Notes under the pieces: generated by a model | The model's database searches: none | The model's input: only the letters and a program-made list of their open reading frames with translations | What the model was told of the DNA's origin: nothing | Program-made: the position numbers and the translations under genes | In this document: positions 23,041 to 30,121 of the stretch, piece after piece | Layout: the number at the start of each line of letters is the position of its first letter | Position numbering within the stretch: the first letter of the stretch is position 1 | DNA from: a virus | Length of the DNA: 64,000 bases | Strand: one strand, 5' to 3' | Virus record (IMG/VR): IMGVR_UViG_3300045988_019695 | Span: 39,492-103,491 of that record

Positions 23041-23469
23041 CTAGTCTATTGTAAGATTGTAGAAGTGAAGTTTTCTATGGCAATTTGCACATAGTACAAC
23101 ACATTTGTCAACTTCGTTTTTTATAGAAGCAACACCTTTGTCTCTACATTGGCTTCCTATGCTAAAAGACTTATCATGAAGATGATGAAAATCTAAGCAA
23201 GCTTGATCTTTTTCTCCACATATGATACAACCGTTAGATTTTAGTTGTCTCATATATTGTGTTAAAAATTTCTTATAAGATCTATGCTTTTTATATATAT
23301 CATTCTTGTTCTTTTTGTAATATTCCTCATAATATTTATGTTTGCATTCCTTGCATTGAGGTGATAGGCCATCAGGTTTGCTACTATTCTTCGCAAACTG
23401 ATCAAGTGGTTTTTCTATACCACATTTAGTGCATACTTTTGTTTTCATGTAAAAATATTTAATACGCAC
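23041..23469 (-). CDS. free-standing HNH endonuclease
   Basis: Cys-rich N-terminus (CTKCGIEK...CKECK) and CIICGEKDQACLDFHHLHDK...VVLCANCHRKLH. The ORF ends in TAG. Confidence 0.75.
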   Translation of the reverse strand: MRIKYFYMKTKVCTKCGIEKPLDQFAKNSSKPDGLSPQCKECKHKYYEEYYKKNKNDIYKKHRSYKKFLTQYMRQLKSNGCIICGEKDQACLDFHHLHDKSFSIGSQCRDKGVASIKNEVDKCVVLCANCHRKLHFYNLTID

Positions 23470-23491
23470 CTCTAACCTACGTATTTATTAG

Positions 23492-23564
23492 TAGCCCCAC
23501 TCCGTGTCCATCGGAGACCTACTGTTTTAGAGACAGTTGTGCACAGGCGGTACACCATAGGGCA
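23492..23564 (-). tRNA. amber suppressor tRNA, anticodon CUA (reads UAG)
   Basis: Manual cloverleaf: acceptor TGCCCTA/TGGGGCT (pos 1-72 is T-T), D stem GTGT/GCAC, perfect anticodon stem ACTGT/ACAGT with loop CT-CTA-AA, T stem CTCCG/CGGAG, discriminator A. Length 73 nt, no encoded CCA. Confidence 0.8.
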
Positions 23565-23570
23565 ATATAT

Positions 23571-23643
23571 GAGGACGCAGTGGAATCGAACCACTGTCTC
23601 TAAATCTTCAAATTTAGAAAGTTAACCATTACTACAACACCCT
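23571..23643 (-). tRNA. tRNA-like gene, Phe(GAA)-like with atypical anticodon loop
   Basis: Canonical T arm AGTGG-TTCGATT-CCACT and acceptor AGGGTGT/GCGTCCT. Anticodon stem CTAAA/TTTAG encloses 8 nt TTTGAAGA (or 6 bp plus a 6-nt loop) rather than 7. Confidence 0.55.
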
Positions 23644-23653
23644 CATTCTGTTG

Positions 23654-23725
23654 TTGCGGAGGACGGATTCGGACCGCCGACCTTTAGGTTATGAGCCTAA
23701 CGAGCCACCACTGCTCCACTCCGCG
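23654..23725 (-). tRNA. initiator-type tRNA-fMet (CAU)
   Basis: CGCGGAGTGGAGCAGTGGTGGCTCGTTAGGCTCATAACCTAAAGGTCGGCGGTCCGAATCCGTCCTCCGCAA. It has a C1-A72 mismatch, an A11-T24 pair and loop CT-CAT-AA, and closely parallels E. coli tRNA-fMet as I remember it. Confidence 0.8.
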
Positions 23726-23864
23726 ATAAGCACGTAACCTTTAGCTGGAGTTACGCAGAACCAGTATTGGGTCCATGTGTCAGCTTACCATGGTAGCCTT
23801 TTATTTATAGTGTACACACATGGATGCCACTTTATTAAACTATAAAATTTAATTCAAAAAGTCG

Positions 23865-23938
23865 GAGTCTATGCAGGAGTCGAACCTGCTAACTATTCCC
23901 TTTGTATCGGGCCGTCTTTACCGTTTGACTAATAGACT
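23865..23938 (-). tRNA. tRNA-like gene, isotype unresolved
   Basis: Perfect acceptor AGTCTAT/ATAGACT and T arm GCAGG-TTCGACT-CCTGC. The anticodon region GGCCC-GATACAAA-GGGAA gives only 3 Watson-Crick pairs and an 8-nt loop. Confidence 0.45.
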
Positions 23939-23948
23939 CTAAAGGTGA

Positions 23949-24272
23949 TTACTTAGTACGAGTAATCCAATTCCATGCTCGCTTATACCAAGGCTTCTTA
24001 ACCTTGTTCTCAACTCTAATAGCAGTACACTTTCTGTATACACCGCCATCATTTACGATTGCTGAACAATCCTCTGGCATAATATCCTTAAGTACAAGAT
24101 CTGTAACAATTGATGTAATTGTACAAATGTCATCATATGTAATCTTCATGCCATTCAAAATCTTCTGACCAACGAAGTTTCCTGCAATGTCTTCCATATT
24201 AACGGCATTAGTCATATCGATTGTATACTTAGGTCTCTTTACCTTGACTGTCTTCTTAATAGCTTTCTTCAT
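23949..24272 (-). CDS. hypothetical protein (107 aa)
   Basis: Intact ORF with TAA stop, basic termini. Confidence 0.6.
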   Translation of the reverse strand: MKKAIKKTVKVKRPKYTIDMTNAVNMEDIAGNFVGQKILNGMKITYDDICTITSIVTDLVLKDIMPEDCSAIVNDGGVYRKCTAIRVENKVKKPWYKRAWNWITRTK

Positions 24273-24282
24273 AACTTAAATA

Positions 24283-24672
24283 TTAACATGATTCACAACA
24301 AACGTCTCCACAACAAGCATCATCACAAACAAGGCTCTCAGACTTGCTCTTCTGCTTAGCTGCCCACTCTTCCTTTCTCTTCTGATCAGCAGCTTTAGCA
24401 TTATCAATAGCCTTTAACCAATCTTCAGACTTAACTATCACAAAGTCTGCGCCGAGATCTTTGTCATAGAATGTAACAAGAATGTCGTTCTTCTTTGCAT
24501 CTACTTCGATTATTTTATCAGGGAAGAATTTAGATTCCCACTCAATATGAGCGTCCTCTGGAATAACATAAATATCATCAATTCCTCGTGCAGATCTATT
24601 AATTGCCTTAACCTCAGCTGTATCAGTATCAACAACAATAGGCTTGCGTTCAATATTTATTATCTTTTTCAT
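24283..24672 (-). CDS. hypothetical protein with Cys-rich C-terminus (129 aa)
   Basis: Intact ORF ending ...LVCDDACCGDVCCESC. Confidence 0.6.
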   Translation of the reverse strand: MKKIINIERKPIVVDTDTAEVKAINRSARGIDDIYVIPEDAHIEWESKFFPDKIIEVDAKKNDILVTFYDKDLGADFVIVKSEDWLKAIDNAKAADQKRKEEWAAKQKSKSESLVCDDACCGDVCCESC

Positions 24673-24880
24673 ATGGGCTTAATGGTTTGCTTTTATTGTC
24701 TTTAAATCTATTCTTAAGCTTGAATCTAAATAGTTTGTTTATTAATACATCTCTAGTATCATCTTGATCTTTCATAACATCAACTACGAACTAGAACTAA
24801 TGCATAACTATCTGTTTTACAAGCTCCGGGTCTTCGTTTAGCTATTGTCCGATCTATCTACAAACTTTATCTATATTCAT
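24650..24880 (-). CDS. small hypothetical protein (TAG read as sense)
   Basis: ATG at 24880 overlaps the upstream TGA (ATGA). 76 codons with 4 in-frame TAGs; TGA at 24650. Confidence 0.4.
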
Positions 24881-25308
24881 CACTTATCTATTGTCTCAGT
24901 TGCTACAATATCGTAAAGCGATACAAGTTGAGAATCTTTAAGTAAGTCAAAATACATAGCTCCTCTAGATGATCTGTATATCACAATATCTCCAACCTTG
25001 ATAGGCATCTGCTGTATCTTTTCATCGTCATATGGGTGTGTGTACTCATATGGCAACTTAAGTACTACAGCTCTAGAGAAATCTGAATCAACTTCCTTAA
25101 TCTCTGTCTTTACTTCATCATAATCAACTGCTTCGATCCCATCCTTATCCTTCTTAGGCTTAGTGTCTTTAGCCACAGGTTCGGAGATCTTCTTTTTAAC
25201 TTTAACAGGCTCGAGTGGCTTTACCAAGAACATCTATCTGAACTCATACTTTATCTTTGAGCTCAAGTCTTCTGCCAACTGAGTCTGATCTATCATCTTC
25301 TCATCCAT
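24880..25308 (-). CDS. hypothetical protein, weak GroES/gp31-like C-terminal resemblance (one TAG read as sense)
   Basis: ATG 25308 (MDEKMIDQTQLAEDLSSKIKYEFR), TAG at 25234, then track ORF 24880-25233. C-terminus KVGDIVIYRSSRGAMYFDLLKDSQLVSLYDIVA is reminiscent of co-chaperonins. Confidence 0.4.
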
Positions 25309-25309
25309 A

Positions 25310-25726
25310 TTACTTCTTCAATCCTTTAAGGTACTCAAGTAACTTAATCATGTTTCTCAATACTGTTTCCTTCTCAACAAGCAAACACTGAGGTGTATTC
25401 TCATCAGACTTTTCCTTAATGGTGCAAAGCTCATTGTTGTATTCGTTGAGCTTATTATCTATCTCATCAAAGATATTTACAAATCTCTTTTTCTCATCAA
25501 CTTCCTCAACATATCCATTATCGAGAAGCATCTTGGCATATTCCTTTGAGATTCTATAAACAGAATTATAAGAAGAAACAACCGTTGAATTATCTTCATT
25601 TGAGCTGTTATGCTCTTCGTTATATACACTTTCGTACTGCTCAGTATCAGCGTTGTACTCAAATGTATCACCACTCTCCATTACGAAGAAAGGCTTAATA
25701 ACCTTTAAAATCTTTGTCATATCCAA
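25310..25726 (-). CDS. hypothetical protein (138 aa)
   Basis: Intact ORF; first gene of the minus-strand block. Confidence 0.6.
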   Translation of the reverse strand: MDMTKILKVIKPFFVMESGDTFEYNADTEQYESVYNEEHNSSNEDNSTVVSSYNSVYRISKEYAKMLLDNGYVEEVDEKKRFVNIFDEIDNKLNEYNNELCTIKEKSDENTPQCLLVEKETVLRNMIKLLEYLKGLKK

Positions 25727-26011
25727 TTGCTTTTATTGTTTTACGCTGCCATAACGAAATAATTTTCAAAAAGGTTGCAAATGTGGTATAAATTTTGTAA
25801 AAACAGCAATTTTCCTACAAATATGCAACTTTTTCAGCTTTTTTACGTTAGGGGGATAGTAGAGGGTTAGTCAGACTAAGAACCCTTTCTCTTATATATT
25901 CTCTTTAGGAGATCTACTTTAGTAGTACAGCTATTACAGTATAGTAAGACTATATAGTATAGTAGAGCTATATATAAGTTTAGTAAGAATAGTAAGACTA
26001 ATAAGAATAGT
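25727..26011. promoter_or_regulatory. divergent intergenic control region with AT-rich direct repeats
   Basis: Separates the minus and plus blocks. Repeated TAGTAAGA(C/A)TA / ATAGTA units lie between 25920 and 26010. A near -7-type box CATATTTG is on the minus strand around 25822-25829. Confidence 0.45.
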
Positions 26012-26407
26012 ATGGATAAAAAGAAGTGCATAATAGACGAATATAAAACAGTATACGGATTTAGTTTATTCGTTATAGTTAACCCAGATAAGTCTATAAT
26101 AGATAAAAGATTTAGCTTTAGAGATGATGATACATCTATAATTGATGATGAGTGGGCTAATTATACAGCATATACTACAAGAGGAGCGTATGATAAATTG
26201 GCTGACGAAGACTGTGAAATTATAGTAATAAACAAGTTAAAGAACACAAGTAACGATATAAATACCTTTGCACATGAGTCATTTCATGCAGCTGTAGACA
26301 TACTAGAAGCATGTCATATCAAGTTATCTGAGGATACAAATGAGGTATTTGCATACTTAATTGGGTACTTTACAGAGTGTGTAAACAAAACAGCAAGTAA
26401 GGTATGA
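26012..26407 (+). CDS. small HExxH-motif protein (possible metallopeptidase-like)
   Basis: 131-aa ORF with AHESFHAAVD. Confidence 0.45.
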   Translation: MDKKKCIIDEYKTVYGFSLFVIVNPDKSIIDKRFSFRDDDTSIIDDEWANYTAYTTRGAYDKLADEDCEIIVINKLKNTSNDINTFAHESFHAAVDILEACHIKLSEDTNEVFAYLIGYFTECVNKTASKV

Positions 26408-26418
26408 ACTAGTTTGAG

Positions 26419-26874
26419 ATGAGCGCTGTACTATATTATGCCGACTTCTTATCTCTACAATACTAGAATAAGCCATGTACAGAATAGTGCAAATACTTCT
26501 TTATACATGGAGCACCTGTAAATATAGCATATATTGTAGAGTAGGATCCAGTATATGATGTAGACAACCAATGGTTTTAGAAGAGCCTTAAAGAGTATAG
26601 TATGCTAAAGCATAAATTTGGCGAAGATGGTGCTATGAGCTTTATCAAGAACCTATGTAATCTTGGTGTGGCAGGGTCTGTAAATGCTACACAAATGATG
26701 AAGTACATACATAGATATGACGACAAATAGGAGCGAGATAAAGCATTTAGAGCGTTTAAATTTAACAGATCAAAGAAGAAATACACGCATTTAACACGTA
26801 ACGACGATGGTGAAATTATAGAGGAAGAGTGCACAAAATACGTAGCCCATGCTGAGCGAAATAGCAAAAGATAA
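26419..26874 (+). CDS. hypothetical protein encoded with five in-frame TAG codons (weak DUF4065/Panacea-like N-terminus)
   Basis: ATG 26419, TAA 26872. In-frame TAGs after ...FLSLQY, ...KPCTE, ...AYIVE, ...DNQWF and ...RYDDK. Otherwise a clean 151-codon frame. The opposite-strand track ORF 26577-26867 is a shadow. Confidence 0.55.
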
Positions 26875-27045
26875 AGAATATTTAAGAGCTGCTGAGATAA
26901 TACAGAGAGCTGAAAAACACGGCAGAATGTTAGGATTTTACGAACCAGATAAAGATGAATCCATTTGATATAATATTTATGTTTTTAATACTTCCAATGT
27001 CGGCCGTTACAGTCGGTTGGATAATACTTAAAGGAGCAAGTGACG

Positions 27046-27450
27046 ATGGGAAAAATTAGTAAATACAGCAATTTGTACGATAAAGATGGTAACTTCTTGC
27101 ATAAGCCAGGAAATTATTCAATTGAAGAACTTGAGAAGCTTGTAGACACACTTGACAAAAACTCTAGAGAGTTTGCAAGTGCTACAGCGATCCTTATGCA
27201 CATGTACGAGCAAAAAGGTAATCCTCATAGAGATAAACTTATACAAAAGCTTATTGAGCAGTCTAAAACAAAGACTACTAAAGCTGAGGTTATAAATGCT
27301 TTAAAAGATATAAACATTAAAGATGAAGAGACAGGAAAAAATGGATCCAGCACAGAGGGACGCATACCAGATACTTCTGAAAGAGCTGGAGAGCTGGGGA
27401 TAGGAAGCGGAACCAACGAGACAGATACTACAATTAGCACTGCAGCTTGA
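27046..27450 (+). CDS. hypothetical protein
   Basis: Track ORF 27040-27450; first ATG at 27046 (MGKISKYSN...). Confidence 0.55.
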   Translation: MGKISKYSNLYDKDGNFLHKPGNYSIEELEKLVDTLDKNSREFASATAILMHMYEQKGNPHRDKLIQKLIEQSKTKTTKAEVINALKDINIKDEETGKNGSSTEGRIPDTSERAGELGIGSGTNETDTTISTAA

Positions 27451-27538
27451 TGAAAAAGGAGAGTTCTACAAATTTATAGAAGTATTCGGGGATATAAGAA
27501 GTTATTGTCAATTAGATTAAAGATTGCTAATAAGGAAA

Positions 27539-27697
27539 ATGAAATACGAGTATAAAGGTAATGTCTACAATTATGTAGGAGTAGGAAAGTTTAAAGACTC
27601 TACTGGTAAGTGGATTGACGCTATAATATATGAGCGTGATAATCATATATATATGAGAGAAATAACAGACTTTATAGATAAGTTTAAGAAAGCATGA
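27539..27697 (+). CDS. small protein (52 aa), DUF1653-like pattern
   Basis: MKYEYKGNVYNYVGVGKFKDSTGKWIDAIIYERDNHIYMREITDFIDKFKKA; below the track cutoff; followed by a terminator. Confidence 0.45.
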   Translation: MKYEYKGNVYNYVGVGKFKDSTGKWIDAIIYERDNHIYMREITDFIDKFKKA

Positions 27698-27702
27698 GAA
27701 TA

Positions 27703-27733
27703 GCCGGGGCTTATAACCTCGGCTTTTTTATTT
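27703..27733 (+). terminator. intrinsic terminator
   Basis: gccgggg-cttataa-cctcggc followed by ttttttatttta. Confidence 0.7.
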
Positions 27734-27914
27734 TATAATTTTTTTTATTTTGTAAGTACAAAGATGCGAAACAGTAATAATTGGCTCCCCCGGCTCGCGT
27801 TTCGAATCTGACTACCCCCGGCATCTTAAATGACATCACTGATAGATTGCCAACCTGATCGCGGGAACATAAAGAACAATTCTGCACTATTAGTAACAAT
27901 AAAACATAATCAAT

Positions 27915-28157
27915 ATGGATAAATTCTGTTTAGTAGCTATCATGTTGTTTGCTATTCAACGTGATATGGTTGATTACCCAATTGTTGATGTAATCAATGC
28001 CATCGATCGTGAACGTGATATCTTACCACGTGTTGATTTTCTTGAGCTTGAGTTCTCAGACGCTTTGTATGATTATAATATACATGATGTATCATTCGGC
28101 GTATATGACAAGTACTTCGATAATCGGCAGTTTGTTGAGAGAGTATTGCCATTCTAA
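27915..28157 (+). CDS. hypothetical protein (80 aa)
   Basis: Intact ORF, acidic. Confidence 0.5.
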   Translation: MDKFCLVAIMLFAIQRDMVDYPIVDVINAIDRERDILPRVDFLELEFSDALYDYNIHDVSFGVYDKYFDNRQFVERVLPF

Positions 28158-28500
28158 TGGCGTACTCTCTTTATTCTTTAGCTTATGTTTAATCAATAAA
28201 TATTTACAGTTATGTAAGACACGAATTAGACCAGTCATTCAAATTAGCTTGAGATGTAAGGCTTTATGCCTTACTCTCTTGCCTATTCTTTGCTTGCGGG
28301 AACATAAAAAACACCTCTAGATTATTAGCAGAGGAAGAAGAGAAAGATATAAATGTGTGGATGATTGGATCATTTGGAACAGTATTCAAACCCATCCATT
28401 TATACATTTAATGTTGTTTGTTGTTACAACTCTTCCTTAATATATAGCTTTTTAGCTATTATCTTCATAAATGATTATTCACCATTAATTATATATAATT

Positions 28501-29172
28501 ATGTCAAAGTATCGTTTATTTAACATGTCGGTGCTGCAGGCAAAGCCTCAGCCAGGACAAACTGAAGGTAATTTCTATGTAGCTGGAACTCTCGAAAACC
28601 AGGAGTGTGTGTTTGAAGAGAATACAAACATTGTTATGTTTGGAGTTGATGGACTCATTGCAGCTATTCGTCCATATTTGGATGCAGCTCATGGAGGTAC
28701 AGCTCAAACATCTAACGAAGACAATATTCCAGAACGCTATCGCTTCTTGAATGGCATCTTTGTACGCCAGAAGCTTGAGCATGGAATGAGTTATTTGTTG
28801 GATAACAATGGAAGTCCAAGATTGGACAAATCATCAAATCAGCCTATAACTATGGACTCTGTTCTTGTATTCTGCATCCTCATCAGTGAGACACCAAAGG
28901 TTGATGGCACACCAAACTATGCCAAAAACTGGGACCCTGTTTCAAGAGTTCGCTCTATTGAACGTCAGTTCTTCAGACCTGTATCAAACCAGCCAGCTAC
29001 ACAGGCAGGTGTTGCAGCTCCACAGCCAGCTCCTGACCCATTAGCAGCAGCTATGGGAGCTCCTCAACAGCAGCCAGCTCCTCAGCCTAATGTAGCACAA
29101 CCTGCTCCACAGCAGCCAGCTCCAGGCAGCGTGCCTCCAGCACCAGGAGCAGTGCCACCAGCATCCTTCTAA
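28501..29172 (+). CDS. hypothetical protein with Pro/Gln/Ala-rich C-terminal tail
   Basis: 223-aa ORF with biased codons; tail APQPAPDPLAAAMGAPQQQPAPQPNVAQPAPQQPAPGSVPPAPGAVPPASF. Confidence 0.6.
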   Translation: MSKYRLFNMSVLQAKPQPGQTEGNFYVAGTLENQECVFEENTNIVMFGVDGLIAAIRPYLDAAHGGTAQTSNEDNIPERYRFLNGIFVRQKLEHGMSYLLDNNGSPRLDKSSNQPITMDSVLVFCILISETPKVDGTPNYAKNWDPVSRVRSIERQFFRPVSNQPATQAGVAAPQPAPDPLAAAMGAPQQQPAPQPNVAQPAPQQPAPGSVPPAPGAVPPASF

Positions 29173-29184
29173 CTAGCTTGCATC

Positions 29185-29216
29185 GTAGCGCCCTCGTGGC
29201 GCTACCTTGCTTCTTT
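29185..29216 (+). terminator. intrinsic terminator
   Basis: gtagcgcc-ctcgt-ggcgctac followed by cttgcttcttt. Confidence 0.6.
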
Positions 29217-30035
29217 GACAAATGCAACTCGCTTCGCTCAGACATCAGCTTAAAGCTTGCTTAGAGCTTGCCAAAGAAAGGAGATGGCAAGATACACAGG
29301 TGAAATTTCAGATAGAACAGATAGATAATATAAAACATAATAAAGAAGTAATCCTTGATTGAAAATTCAATATATGATTGCACAATATGCTCATTAATTT
29401 AGGGTTATTTAATTGCTAAGCGTAGCACAATAAGCGTGGATACATATCACAGTCTGTGAAGATAGTGGTATGTTTATTTTAAACTCAGCTAGGGAGAGTC
29501 TAACATAATCACTGATGAGACCTAGGCGAAACTACACGTTGCATCATAGTGTAGTCTGATTAATTACTCAAAAGCGCAAATAGACCTCACAATACAATGG
29601 TCTGTGAAGATAGTTGTATTGAACCGTTATCTCATGCGGTATATAAACTAGGATGACGGAGCGCCTACGCTAACGTGATAAATCGTAGGCAGTAATGTGG
29701 CAAGACATGGTCCCAAGCCCATGCACTACAACACGTGCTTATGGTACTTGCAAAGCTATAAGAGGTTCGCTTGTAGGACACAGAGGGTTAAATAGTAGTA
29801 TTACATGTATGCTGAGAAGAGACGTACAGCCTGCTTGCAAGAGGTGCTTCGTGAAATGCAATCTCTTCTCTATGACAATCCGAAGAGACGGATAGTGGTT
29901 ATTATACGCTTACTGAAGTAAGAGGGTATACTATGCACGAATTCATATAAGGATATTGTGCTTGGCTATATAAAGTGCACACATAGCGACGGTTCGAGTC
30001 CAGTAACCACTCTACCCTATCATGTTTTTTAGTTA
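29217..30035 (+). ncRNA. ORF-free structured island 1 (candidate non-coding RNA; ends approximate)
   Basis: No credible ORF on either strand. Many helices (listed in findings). Closing helix AGTGGTTA (29894-29901) / TAACCACT (30005-30012), then catgtttttt at about 30022. Confidence 0.45.
29506..29562 (+). ncRNA. hammerhead ribozyme candidate (stem I open, type I topology)
   Basis: Stem I TAATCA (29506-11) / TGATTA (29557-62). Core CTGATGA (29512-18). Short stem II GAC-cta-GGC (29519-27). GAA (29528-30). Stem III ACTACAC (29531-37) / GTGTAGT (29549-55). Cleavage-site C at 29556. Confidence 0.6.
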
Positions 30036-30121
30036 CAATTTTAGTCCATTTGGCATGGGTACATTGGTTCGTGAGAATAGATGTACCATTTTGATGATTA
30101 TTAATCAAACTAATATATATT

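Noticed and set aside
22997-23470. Idea that a tRNA gene is split by the HNH ORF (intron-containing tRNA)
   Set aside because: The 3' half (T arm plus acceptor strand TGGGGTA) has no complementary 5' acceptor strand upstream of the HNH gene (23470-23491) or anywhere nearby.
23430-23491. HDV-like/theta ribozyme immediately 3' of the suppressor tRNA
   Set aside because: The downstream 60 nt are AT-rich, form only one small hairpin (AATACG/CGTATT), and run straight into the HNH start codon. There is no room or GC content for the nested pseudoknot.
29985-30012. GGTTCGAGTCC resembling a tRNA T loop at the end of island 1
   Set aside because: The flanks give only 2 bp of T stem. The sequence is better explained as part of the long-range helix AGTGGTTA/TAACCACT.
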